From contig JANWHR010000157.1 of NCBI GenBank assembly GCA_025450355.1, forward strand, positions 1-31,117: 31,117 bases of DNA. The letters are read 5' to 3'. The notes beneath the pieces were generated by a model. That model was not told the DNA's origin. It ran no database searches and was given only the letters and a program-made list of their open reading frames with translations. A program made the translations under genes and the position numbers. Source of the stretch: Micropepsaceae bacterium. GTDB lineage: Bacteria > Pseudomonadota > Alphaproteobacteria > Micropepsales > Micropepsaceae. Shown piece after piece: positions 1 to 9,929 of this stretch. Within the stretch, counting starts at the first letter, position 1; each line of letters opens with the position of its first letter.

Positions 1-439
1 AGATCTTTCCTTCCTCTTCCTTGACATGGTGCAACACATATTCGCAAAGCACCTTCATTCTTGCGGCGAGCATCTCATCGTCTGACCTGGAACTCTCGAC
101 CTGTTCGACCAGAGTCTTGATGCTGTCGTGTTCGACTGCCGCCTCGTCCATCAATACCTCTTCTTTTCCTCCGAGGGCCTCTCGAACGGCCGGATAGAAG
201 ATTTCCTCTTCGATTTCGGCATGGACAGTCAGCGCCGTACAAATCTGCAAGACAAGCTCTCTCTTGCGGGCTCCGTCGCGGCTCGATTTCTGGAATTGCC
301 TGAACAGCTTTTCCACCTCGTCATGATCTTTGGACAGCAGTTCGATGGCATTCTGTTCTTTTGTTCTGGCGCGTGCGGTAGAGCGTGCCCGCGTCGTCCG
401 TCCCGATCGGCCATGGGACGTGCTGGTCTGTAACGGCAT
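1..439 (-). CDS. Hemerythrin/HHE cation-binding domain protein, 3' end truncated by window edge
   Basis: Manual translation from ATG at 439: MPLQTSTSHGRSGRTTRARSTARARTKEQNAIELLSKDHDEVEKLFRQF...LTVHAEIEEEIFYPAVREAL...EAAVEHDSIKTLV...EYVLHHVKEEEGKI. Shows the DH / HxxxEE / EH / HHxxEE pattern. SD GGGAG at 453-449. Not in the ORF track because it runs off the edge. Confidence 0.88.
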   Translation of the reverse strand, partial: MPLQTSTSHGRSGRTTRARSTARARTKEQNAIELLSKDHDEVEKLFRQFQKSSRDGARKRELVLQICTALTVHAEIEEEIFYPAVREALGGKEEVLMDEAAVEHDSIKTLVEQVESSRSDDEMLAARMKVLCEYVLHHVKEEEGKI

Positions 440-577
440 GAACGATGTCTCCCTTTGCGTTTCGCGCGCCCTTTACGCCTGAGAACTGGACTGCAAAATC
501 GGCTGCCAGCCGGCGGCACCGGGTGCAATGGAATGGCAGAACCTGCGGATATAAGCCGCAAATGCCGCAGCGGACTT

Positions 578-602
578 AGCGGCGATGGCATGGTTTTGTT
601 CC
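578..602 (-). promoter_or_regulatory. Possible EcfG/sigmaT-type promoter for the hemerythrin gene
   Basis: Minus strand GGAAC(602-598)-N16-CGCT(581-578); one mismatch to GGAAC-N16-CGTT and about 140 nt upstream of the ATG. Confidence 0.3.
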
Positions 603-692
603 CGCAGGGAATCGCTATTTTTCACGCGCGCGCAGGCTGCCGGCGGTTCCCCTTGCGCGAAACCCGGATGCAAAGTTTTGTTGGTGTCATCG

Positions 693-1301
693 ATGAGCAA
701 TCCGGTTCCCCACACGCTCGCAGCACTTCGCCGCGCAGAGGCGCAGTGCACCCGCTGTCCGCTCTATCGGAATGCCACTCAGGTTGTTCCGGGTGAGGGT
801 CCGCAGCGGGCGTCGCTGATGATGGTTGGCGAGCAGCCCGGAAATGATGAAGACCTTGCCGGCCATCCTTTTGTGGGACCAGCCGGCCGTATCCTCGACC
901 GGGCCATCGGGGATGCCGGATTGGAACGTTCATCGATTTTTGTGACCAACGCCGTGAAGCACTTCAAATTCGAAATTCGCGGCAAGAGACGGCTGCACAA
1001 AAGACCCGACGCTTACGAAATTGGGCGCTGCAAATGGTGGAACGATCTGGAACGAAGGCTTGTAAAGCCGGAACTCATTGTCGCGCTGGGCGCCACGGCG
1101 GCACGAAGCCTGACCGGAAAGTCAGTCGTGATTCAGAACGTCCGCGGCGTTTTGCTGACGTTGGACGATGGGGTCAGACTGGTCATAACCGCCCATCCAT
1201 CCTCCCTTCTTCGGATTCCCGATCACATTGACCGGCAGCGTCAGTATGGTGCCTTCGTGGAAGATCTGAGGCGCAGCGCCGCCTATCTTGGTACCGGTTA
1301 G
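693..1301 (+). CDS. udgX: UdgX-type (family 4-like, Fe-S) uracil-DNA glycosylase/uracil-DNA binding protein, about 202 aa
   Basis: CTRC, GEQPG, VTNAVKHFKF, RGKRRLHKRP (R-loop with the UdgX His), GRCKWW, ALGATAA, TAHPSSLLR. ATG 693 preferred over the ORF-track start at 585 because homology begins there. Ends in TAG. Confidence 0.9.
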   Translation: MSNPVPHTLAALRRAEAQCTRCPLYRNATQVVPGEGPQRASLMMVGEQPGNDEDLAGHPFVGPAGRILDRAIGDAGLERSSIFVTNAVKHFKFEIRGKRRLHKRPDAYEIGRCKWWNDLERRLVKPELIVALGATAARSLTGKSVVIQNVRGVLLTLDDGVRLVITAHPSSLLRIPDHIDRQRQYGAFVEDLRRSAAYLGTG

Positions 1302-1311
1302 CCCATGTACT

Positions 1312-1336
1312 GGAACTGTTCCCCATAAACCGAGTT
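1312..1336 (+). promoter_or_regulatory. EcfG/sigmaT (general stress response) type promoter for the glucan operon
   Basis: GGAAC(1312-1316)-N16-AGTT(1333-1336) in the short udgX-glgE gap; one mismatch to GGAAC-N16-CGTT. Confidence 0.55.
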
Positions 1337-1375
1337 TCTGTTCCATTATTGCCGTTCGAATTCCGGGGATTCATT

Positions 1376-4300
1376 GTGCCTGCGATTGCGCCTCGAATTG
1401 TTCACGCGGGGAACGCGTCAAATCGTGGCCAAACGGCCGAAGCGATTGCGCAGGGTGGCCTTTTGGGATTCAGCCACCTCGCGGTCAGCTGCGATACCGG
1501 CGACGCGACCGACGAAGACATTCGCCTGATTGGCGAGGCGTGCGGCGCGGCGAATCTCGATCTGGTTCTGGACCTTAACCTGACAGATCTGCCGGTTGAG
1601 CATCCTCTCGTGCGATTGCACCCGGAATGCTTTTCGCTCACCGCCGATTCCACTGCCAGCTTTGTCGATCCCAGGCTGCCAAACCTCATTGAAGGCCGTG
1701 CCGTCGTGCGGCTGCAACAGAATGCCGAACCATTCCTGATTTGGTGGGCGGAGCGGCTGAACGCGCTCGCACGGGCCGGCGCCCATGGTTTTCTCGTTGC
1801 CGAACCGGCTGTGCTCGGCGGCCGCCTCGGGCGTGAACTGATTCAGCGAACCCTTGATTGGGGTGCTGCGCCAATCTTCTTCATTGCCGATACATCCCAG
1901 GTTCCGCAGGACGCAATCCAGGATCTTGCAGGCTCAGGCTTCAATTATTGTCTTTCCGCGCTTCCATGGTGGAACGGACGCGACGCGTGGTTCGTCGAGC
2001 AGCACGCGATCACATTGGGGGTTGCACCAGTCCTTGCGCTCGTCGAATCGCGGCGCTGCGAACCACCCGCATCCTGTGCACTGCGGCGCACGCGTCTCGC
2101 GATCGCAAGCATTTCCGGCGCCGGTGTCGTCATGCCATTTGGTTTCGATTCCGGCGATTGTGACGGCGATCGGCTCGAGCTTTCGTCCTGCGTTCGTGCG
2201 ATGAACGGCATTATGGCTGGCGAACCGTTGCACGGAGCTCTGCGCAGCCTGACCGGTCCGGGCGATGCGGTGACAATTCTCCTGCGCACCGGCTCCGCGG
2301 CTGAAAGCCAGGCGGAATCGGGTTCACTTTTGGCCGTCAATCCTCACCCCGTCATCAACTCAGGTTTTGACGATCGCTATGCGCCCGCTCTCGGTGAGTG
2401 GTCGATTCTCGAACCTGTCCCTCCCTTTTCCGGAGAAGGCGAAAAGCTCGGGCCGGGTGAGGCGCGTCTGTTTCGAGCCGCACGGCAGAAGCCGATTGTA
2501 GTCGCTTCCCGAACACCCGCGAGTTCGGCGCGAATGGCCGCGGAGCAGGGGCGCGTCTGGATCGGCAATATCTCACCCGCAGTTGATGCCGGCGCCTTTC
2601 CAGCCAAGACGGTTGCCGGAGAAATCGTTCGCGTCGAGGCCGATCTGGTTTCGGAAGGACATGGTGTGCTTTCGGCCGAACTACTTTATCGGGCGGAGGA
2701 TGAGCGGAATTGGCATCACGCGGCGATGAAACCGGCTGGCAATGACCGCTGGTGGGCCTTCATGCCCGTGAGGCGCGCCGGCCGCCATCGCTTCGCGATT
2801 GAGTCCTGGCCTGACATCTACGCCACATTCGCGCAGGACCTTGCGAAAAAGCGTGCGGCAAAATTTGATATCAGGCTTGATCTCGAAGAAGGGCACAGGC
2901 TGATCGAATCCTGGAGCGCCGGCGCAGCCAAACCGGCACGTCAGGCGCTCGGCGCAATCCTCACTGCATTTTCCGGCGCATCGCCCGATCAGAGGGCCGC
3001 CTTGTTGCTCGCACCGGAAACCATCGAAGCGATGGCACGCGCCGACCCGCGTGACCGCAAGACTTCATCGCCGGTGCTCTGCATCGACGCCGACCGGCGG
3101 GTCGCGCAGTTCGGAAGCTGGTACGAGCTGTTTCCGAGGTCTCAATCACCCGTGCCCGGCCGGCATGGCACCTTTCGGGACGTAGCGGCACGAATTCCCT
3201 CAATAGCGGCCATGGGGTTTGACGTTCTGTACCTCACACCCATTCACCCTATCGGGACGACGAATCGAAAGGGACGCAACAACGGGTTGGGCGCGGCAGA
3301 AGGTGATCCCGGAAGCGCCTGGGCGATCGGGAGTGATGCCGGCGGCCATACCGAGACCCATCCGGAGCTTGGCACGCTCGCCGATTTTCGCGAACTGGTT
3401 CGCGTGGCTCTGGATTAGGGAATGGAAATCGCACTGGATTTTGCCATCCAGTGTTCACCGGATCACCCCTGGCTCAAAGAGCATCCGGGCTGGTTCGACT
3501 GGCGCCCCGACGGTACAATTAAATATGCCGAAAATCCGCCCAAGCGATACGAAGACATCGTCAACCTGGACTTTTATGCCGAAAAAGCGATTCCGGATCT
3601 GTGGCTGGCGCTTCGCTCCGTGGTGTTGTTCTGGATCGAACAGGGTATCCGGATCTTCCGGGTCGATAACCCGCACACCAAACCATTTGCATTCTGGCAG
3701 TGGTTGCTGTCGGACATCCGCAAGCTTCACCCCGATGCTGTTTTTTTGTCCGAGGCGTTTACGCGCCCCAAGACGATGTACCACCTCGCGAAACTGGGTT
3801 TTTCACAGTCCTATACTTATTTCACCTGGCGAAACAGCAAGCGGGAGCTGATTGACTATATCAATGAACTGAATTCCGCCCCCGCTGCCTGGTTTTTCCG
3901 CCCGAACTTCTTTGTCAACACACCGGACATAAACCCCTGGTTCCTGCAATCCTCCGGGCGGGCGGGCTTCGTGATCCGCACTGCGCTGGCGGCGCTGCTT
4001 TCCGGTTCCTGGGGCATGTATTCCGGTTACGAACTGTGTGAATCCGATGCCCTCCCGGAGCGCGAAGAGTACAGGGATTCGGAAAAATACGAACTGAGGT
4101 TCCGCAACTGGGATGCACCCGGAAATATCAGTCAGGAGATCACGGCGATCAATCGGCTGCGCCGCTCCGAACCAGCGCTTCAGACCCACCTCGGAACAAG
4201 CTTTTACAACGCGTTCAACGACAATATCATCTATTTCGGGAGGCACAGTGGCCGCGGTTCCGATCGCATTCTCGTCGCGATCAGTCTCAACCCCCATGGT

Positions 4301-4483
4301 TCCGAGCAGGCGGACTTTGAAATCCCGCTGTGGGAATGGGGTATGCCGGACACCGGCGCCTTGCTTGCCCACGACCTGTTGAGAGGCGGCAGTTTCGTGT
4401 GGCATGGAAAGATGCAACACATGTGGCTCAATCCGGGCGCACCCTTTTCGGTTTGGCGCGTGAGACCGGCCGAGGTTTCCTGA
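1376..4483 (+). pseudogene. glgE: Long-form alpha-1,4-glucan:maltose-1-phosphate maltosyltransferase interrupted by one in-frame TAG at 3416-3418 (nonsense allele, readthrough or base-call error)
   Basis: ORFs 1349-3418 and 3422-4483 share a frame: ...[27 protein letters not shown]. Contains a DUF3416-like segment, [43 protein letters not shown] and [10 protein letters not shown]. Likely start is GTG 1376 (SD GGGGA 1365-1369); alternative TTG 1349. Confidence 0.9.
3431..3454 (+). other. Potential RNA hairpin 12 nt downstream of the glgE internal TAG
   Basis: CACTGGAT (3432-3439) pairs perfectly with ATCCAGTG (3446-3453); loop TTTGCC; closing G.U pair 3431/3454. The inverted repeat is directly visible; function is unproven. 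Confidence 0.5.
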
Positions 4484-7400
4484 GTGAGAAACCGGCACTT
4501 CGCACCCGACCCTCTCTGGTACAAGGACGCGATCATCTATCAGCTTCATGTGAAATCCTTCTGCGACTCGAACAACGACGGTGTCGGGGATTTCCCGGGG
4601 CTGATATCGAAACTGGATTATCTCCGGGATCTCGGGGTCAACGCGCTCTGGCTGCTGCCATTCTACCCGTCGCCGCGGCGCGACGACGGTTATGACATTT
4701 CCGATTACAAAGGCGTCCATCCGGAATACGGCACGCTCGGAGATGTCAAGAAATTCATTGATGAGGCACACGCCAGGAACATTCGCGTCATTACCGAACT
4801 CGTCCTGAATCACACGTCAGACCAGCATCCCTGGTTCCAGCGTGCGCGCCACGCCAAACCTGGTTCGGCCACCCGCAATTTCTATGTCTGGTCCAACAGC
4901 GACCGGGCCTATTCCGGCACAAGAATCATATTTCTTGACGTGGAAAAATCGAATTGGTCCTGGGATGACGCTGCGAAAGAATATTATTGGCATCGCTTCT
5001 ATTCGCACCAACCGGATCTTAATTATGACAATCCGCGAGTGTACGCGGGAATGGCGGCCGTAGTGCGATATTGGCTTGATCTTGGTATTGACGGATTGCG
5101 ACTTGATGCGGTTCCGTATCTTGTTGAGCGGGAAGGTACCAACAACGAAAACCTGCCGGAAACGCATGCGATTCTGAAGCGGCTCAGGGCCGAGGTAAAC
5201 GCACACTATCCCGACCGTATGCTGCTCGCAGAAGCCAATCAGTGGCCTGAAGACGTGCAGGCGTATTTTGGTGATGGCGACGAATGTCACAGGCTGTTTC
5301 ATTTTCCATTGATGCCGCGGATGTATATGGCCATCGCGCAGGAGGACCGGTTTCCGGTTACCGACATCATGCGGCAAACTCCGGATATTCCGGCGGACTG
5401 CCAATGGGCCGTATTCCTGCGCAACCATGACGAACTGACGCTGGAAATGGTGACCGACAGGGAACGCGATTACTTGTGGGAATTTTATGCCGCGGATCGC
5501 CGGGCCCGCCTGAATTTGGGCATTCGCCGCAGGCTGGCGCCGCTGCTCGAGAATGACAGGCGCCGAATCGAGCTGATGAACGGACTGCTTCTCACCATGC
5601 CCGGAACGCCGATTATCTATTATGGCGATGAAATCGGAATGGGTGACAATCTCCATTTGGGCGACCGCGATGGAGTGCGCACGCCAATGCAATGGTCGCC
5701 GGACCGCAATGGCGGATTTTCTCGCGCCGATCCTGCAGGGCTCGTGCTCCCCGCGATCATGGACCCGATCTATGGATATGAAACCATCAATGTAGAAGCG
5801 CAGTTGCGCAACCCTCATTCGCTCCTGAACTGGATGAAGCGCATGCTGATCGTGCGTGGGCGTCAAAAGGCGTTCGGCCGCGGCGGGCTGAGATTCATTC
5901 GTCCGCATAACCGGAAGGTGCTTGCCTACCTCCGCGAATTCGCGGGCGAGACGATTCTTTGTGTCGTCAACCTGTCACGTTCGGCGCAGGCCGTTGAACT
6001 GGAACTGGCCGAATTCGCCGGAACCATTCCGGTCGAACTCCTCGGCGGAAGCGCGTTTCCCGCGGTCGGGCAGTGCCCATACATGCTCACCTTGCCGCCG
6101 TACGCATTTTACTGGTTTTCGCTCAGCACGACGGCTGAACCGCCGGCATGGACTTCCGTGTCCGGTCCAGGCTTTGAACTTCAGACCCTGGTCTTGCGCA
6201 ACACGCTGGCCGACATCTTTGAGCCGCGCGAAAGACAAATCCTCGAGCGGGATATTCTTCCATATTACGTCGCGCAGAGGCATTGGTACCGCCACAGGGG
6301 CAGTGCTGCCGCAAAGACCGCAATCGCCGGATTCGCGCTGCTGCCGCAATCCGAGTTGGTGATTGCCGATATCGAGGTTGTTACGGCGGGGCAGCATGAG
6401 ACCTATTGCCTGCCTCTTGTCGTTGCGTGGGACGATCGTCCGGTCTCGCGGGCTGAAGAGACTCTTGCACTGGCCCGCGTCCGCAGGCGTTCCAGAATGG
6501 GTTATCTCACAGACGCTTTGGTGAACGGTGAAACGGTCAAACGATTGGTCCAATGGCTTAAGGAAAATGCGCGAATCTCCCTTGACCGCGGCGATCTGAT
6601 TTTTTCCGCCGAACCTGGAGCTGAGTTGCCCGAAATGGCCGAGGTTCAAGTCGAGTGGCTGGACCGCGATTTCAGCAATTCGCTGATCGCCCTCGGGAGC
6701 GAGGCCATGGTCAAGTTTTTCCGGGTTCCGGAATCCGGCCGCCACCCTGAACCGGAGATGATCCGCTATCTTGCGGGTTGCGGCTTTTCAGCTGTTCCGC
6801 CGCTACTCGGAACAATCGTCAGACGTGACCCGGAGGGGCAGGAGTCGCGTGTGGCGATTTTTCAGAAATTTGTGCGCAATCAGGGTGATGCTTTCAACTG
6901 GAGCATCGACTACCTGAAGCGCGCGATGGAAAATCGCGAATCGACGGATCCGGAAAGACATGATGAGTTCTCGGGTTACGAGAATTTTGCGCGCCGCCTC
7001 GGCGAAAGATTGGGTGAAATGCATGCTTTGCTTGCGCGAGAATCGGAACACAATATTTTTGCGCCTGAACCCATAGCCATAGCCGATATCGAGGAATGGA
7101 CCGCCGCAGCCGAACGGCAACTGTTCGAGATCGGCAATATTGTGACTTCGGTTGCGGACCGGTCAGACGAATTCGGGCAGGAGTTCACCGCAGCCCTGGC
7201 ACGAAACCAGGAAACGCTCGCGCAGACTGTCCGCGCGATATTCGCGTCCTGCGTGGGTCTGGTAAAAATGCGCATCCACGGCGACTTGCATCTGGGGCAG
7301 GTACTGGTGTCGGCCGGCGATGTGATTTTCATCGACTTCGAAGGCCATCCGTTGCGGCCGGTTGCGGCGCGCAGGCAAAAGGCCAGCCCGCTGCGCGATG

Positions 7401-7726
7401 TTGCCGGAATCCTCCGTTCATTTGATCATTGCATGCGAATCGCCGCAGGCGAGGAGCTCCGGGTGGAAACACCGGCGGGTGACCAAAGGTCCGGTCTCCT
7501 GCAGCAGCAATTCCACCGTCGGGCAACGGACGCGTTTCTGGGGGGGTACGGCGAAGGGCGAGGCAAGCCGCTGGAGCAGAGGGAGCGCGATCTCGCGGCG
7601 GCGTTCGCGTTGGAACAGTCGGCCTACGATCTCCTCTGCCAGCGCGCCAGTCCGGCGAAATCGCTGGCTGCACCGGTGCGCGGACTGATTGCAGCCATTG
7701 ACCGGCTAAGGGGGGGCGGGGTGTGA
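4484..7726 (+). CDS. treS: Trehalose synthase (maltose alpha-D-glucosyltransferase) fused to a C-terminal maltokinase-like domain, 1080 aa
   Basis: [53 protein letters not shown]; C-terminal [12 protein letters not shown]...IDFEG. GTG start directly follows the glgE TGA; SD GAGG at 4472-4475. Confidence 0.95.
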   Translation: MRNRHFAPDPLWYKDAIIYQLHVKSFCDSNNDGVGDFPGLISKLDYLRDLGVNALWLLPFYPSPRRDDGYDISDYKGVHPEYGTLGDVKKFIDEAHARNIRVITELVLNHTSDQHPWFQRARHAKPGSATRNFYVWSNSDRAYSGTRIIFLDVEKSNWSWDDAAKEYYWHRFYSHQPDLNYDNPRVYAGMAAVVRYWLDLGIDGLRLDAVPYLVEREGTNNENLPETHAILKRLRAEVNAHYPDRMLLAEANQWPEDVQAYFGDGDECHRLFHFPLMPRMYMAIAQEDRFPVTDIMRQTPDIPADCQWAVFLRNHDELTLEMVTDRERDYLWEFYAADRRARLNLGIRRRLAPLLENDRRRIELMNGLLLTMPGTPIIYYGDEIGMGDNLHLGDRDGVRTPMQWSPDRNGGFSRADPAGLVLPAIMDPIYGYETINVEAQLRNPHSLLNWMKRMLIVRGRQKAFGRGGLRFIRPHNRKVLAYLREFAGETILCVVNLSRSAQAVELELAEFAGTIPVELLGGSAFPAVGQCPYMLTLPPYAFYWFSLSTTAEPPAWTSVSGPGFELQTLVLRNTLADIFEPRERQILERDILPYYVAQRHWYRHRGSAAAKTAIAGFALLPQSELVIADIEVVTAGQHETYCLPLVVAWDDRPVSRAEETLALARVRRRSRMGYLTDALVNGETVKRLVQWLKENARISLDRGDLIFSAEPGAELPEMAEVQVEWLDRDFSNSLIALGSEAMVKFFRVPESGRHPEPEMIRYLAGCGFSAVPPLLGTIVRRDPEGQESRVAIFQKFVRNQGDAFNWSIDYLKRAMENRESTDPERHDEFSGYENFARRLGERLGEMHALLARESEHNIFAPEPIAIADIEEWTAAAERQLFEIGNIVTSVADRSDEFGQEFTAALARNQETLAQTVRAIFASCVGLVKMRIHGDLHLGQVLVSAGDVIFIDFEGHPLRPVAARRQKASPLRDVAGILRSFDHCMRIAAGEELRVETPAGDQRSGLLQQQFHRRATDAFLGGYGEGRGKPLEQRERDLAAAFALEQSAYDLLCQRASPAKSLAAPVRGLIAAIDRLRGGGV

Positions 7727-9927
7727 ATCGCATGGACCAGCTTGGTGCTGAACCCGAAAGACAGACGCTGGAAGCACTGGTTTGTGGACGGCTGAGCGAT
7801 CCGTTTGGGGTGCTTGGCCCGCATCAAACCGCCCAGGGGCGCGCGGTCCGCTCATTTCTTCCCGGTGCGCTTGCGGTTGAGGCCAGAAGCGCGCGGGATG
7901 GCAGGTTGCTCGGGCAACTGGCTCCGCATCCGGAATTCGACGGGTTCTTCAGCGGTTTTGTGCCAGGCAATTCGCCCTATGTCTTTCGCATCCATTGGCC
8001 GGGCAGTCTTCAGGAAACGGAAGATGTTTATTCCTTCGGACCGCTGCTTTCGGACCTCGACCTGCACCTGTTCTCGGAAGGAACGCATTGGGATTTGGCC
8101 AGCCGTCTTGGCGCAAATCTCGCGGAAATGTCCGGCGTTCATGGCGTCGGATTCGCCGTTTGGGCGCCCAACGCCCAGCGGGTTTCGGTCGCCGGCTCAT
8201 TCAACAATTGGGATGGCCGCCGCAATCCCATGCGGCTGCGCCACAGTGCCGGCGTTTGGGAACTGTTCATTCCAAGGCTCGCAGCCGGTGAGCGCTACAC
8301 ATATGAGATCATTGGTCCCGCCGGCGAACTTCTGCCGCTGAAAGCCGATCCTCTCGCCAGGGCAACCGAACGTCCGCCGTCGACTGCGTCCGTGGTTGCC
8401 GAAACATGGAATTTTCGCTGGACGGATGCAGAGTGGATGTCCGCCAGATCACGAAAGAATGCCGGCGACGCACCGATTTCGATCTATGAAGTGCACCCCG
8501 GTTCATGGCTTCGCCCTGAAGGCGAACCACACGCCACGCTGGACTGGCGCGGCTTGGCGCAGCGGCTCATTCCTTACGTCAATGCGCTTGGCTTCAGCCA
8601 TATCGAACTGCTGCCGATCATGGAGCACCCCTTCGGCGGATCCTGGGGTTATCAACCACTTTCACAATTCGCGCCGTCCGCACGGTATGGCAAGCCGCAG
8701 GAATTTGCGCATTTCGTCGATCAGTGCCACCGCGCCAATATCGGCGTCATTCTCGATTGGGTGCCGGGACACTTTCCGGCCGACGCGTACGGTTTGGCAC
8801 GCTTTGACGGAACAGCCCTGTATGAACATCAGGACCCGCGCGAGGGCTTTCATCAGGACTGGAACACGCTCATTTACAATTACGGCCGGACCGAGGTTCA
8901 GGGCTTTCTGATCGCAAGTGCGCTATACTGGTTGAATCAGTTTCATGTCGATGGTTTGCGCTGTGACGCGGTTGCTTCCATGCTGTATCGGGATTATTCG
9001 CGCCAATCTGGCGAATGGATTCCGAATGTGTATGGCGGAAGAGAAAACCTGGAAGCGATCGGCTTTATCAAACGCCTGAACGAGACCGTGGCGGAGCGCT
9101 GCCCAGGCGCAATCACCATTGCCGAGGAATCAACCGCGTGGCCCGGCGTAAGCACGCCCGTCGCCGCCGGCGGCCTGGGATTCTCCTACAAATGGAATAT
9201 GGGCTGGATGCACGATACGCTGGGTTACCTCTCGCGCGATCCGGTGCATCGCCCGTGGCACCATAATGATCTGACGTTCGGTATGCTCTATGCCTACTCG
9301 GAAAAATTCATCCTTCCGATTTCCCACGATGAAGTCGTTCACGGCAAAGGTTCACTTTATCAGCGCGCGCCGGGCGATGCGTGGCAAAAGCTCGCGAATC
9401 TGCGTGCGTTGTTTTGTTATATGTGGACTCAACCCGGCAAAAAGCTGCTTTTCATGGGTAGCGAGATCGGACAGCGGGAGGAATGGAATCATGACTCCGT
9501 CCTTCCGTGGGACCTTCTGCGTGAGCACCCCCACGCGGGTTTACAGCGGCTAATCCGGGATTTGAACCGGATCTACCTGCGTGAAGGAGCGCTGCATGGC
9601 GATGCCGATCCGCAGGGTTTTCGTTGGATTGTCCCCGATGATTCGGCGCAGAGCATCTATGCCTATGAACGCCGGTTCGGGGATTCGCGTCCGATCGTGG
9701 CAATCCTGAATTTCACCCCCGTACCGCGCCACGACTACCGCATTGGCGTGCCCCTGACCGGCCGCTGGCGCGAGATCATCAATAGCGACTCAGGGCATTA
9801 CGGCGGATCGAATCTCGGCAATGCTGGCGGTGTGGTCACGGAGCCGCAACCGTCGCACGGTTATGGCCAATCGATTTCCCTGCTCTTGCCGCCTCTCGCG
9901 GGACTTCTCCTTCAGATTGACGACTGA
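7723..9927 (+). CDS. glgB: 1,4-alpha-glucan branching enzyme
   Basis: [80 protein letters not shown] overlap with treS; alternative ATG at 7732. Confidence 0.96.
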   Translation: MNRMDQLGAEPERQTLEALVCGRLSDPFGVLGPHQTAQGRAVRSFLPGALAVEARSARDGRLLGQLAPHPEFDGFFSGFVPGNSPYVFRIHWPGSLQETEDVYSFGPLLSDLDLHLFSEGTHWDLASRLGANLAEMSGVHGVGFAVWAPNAQRVSVAGSFNNWDGRRNPMRLRHSAGVWELFIPRLAAGERYTYEIIGPAGELLPLKADPLARATERPPSTASVVAETWNFRWTDAEWMSARSRKNAGDAPISIYEVHPGSWLRPEGEPHATLDWRGLAQRLIPYVNALGFSHIELLPIMEHPFGGSWGYQPLSQFAPSARYGKPQEFAHFVDQCHRANIGVILDWVPGHFPADAYGLARFDGTALYEHQDPREGFHQDWNTLIYNYGRTEVQGFLIASALYWLNQFHVDGLRCDAVASMLYRDYSRQSGEWIPNVYGGRENLEAIGFIKRLNETVAERCPGAITIAEESTAWPGVSTPVAAGGLGFSYKWNMGWMHDTLGYLSRDPVHRPWHHNDLTFGMLYAYSEKFILPISHDEVVHGKGSLYQRAPGDAWQKLANLRALFCYMWTQPGKKLLFMGSEIGQREEWNHDSVLPWDLLREHPHAGLQRLIRDLNRIYLREGALHGDADPQGFRWIVPDDSAQSIYAYERRFGDSRPIVAILNFTPVPRHDYRIGVPLTGRWREIINSDSGHYGGSNLGNAGGVVTEPQPSHGYGQSISLLLPPLAGLLLQIDD

Positions 9928-9929
9928 CG

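Noticed and set aside
659-682. GAAAC...GTT upstream of udgX as an EcfG promoter
   Set aside because: Mismatched -35 and a spacer one base shorter than the consensus.
128-796. Short ORFs 128-433(+), 229-591(-), 455-796(+), 473-751(-)
   Set aside because: They overlap the hemerythrin gene or the divergent promoter region and have no motifs or SD support.
3803-5908. Minus-strand ORFs of 336 aa and 363 aa (also 9912-10949, 13205-13909, 18026-18832)
   Set aside because: Antisense shadows of glgE, treS, glgX, malQ and tal with no family features.
7540-7720. G7 tracts (7540-7546, 7710-7716); also T7 at 3741-3747, A7 at 22774-22780 and A8 at 28649-28656, as phase-variation sites
   Set aside because: The tracts are short, reading frames stay consistent with homologue patterns on both sides, and these gene types are not typical contingency loci.
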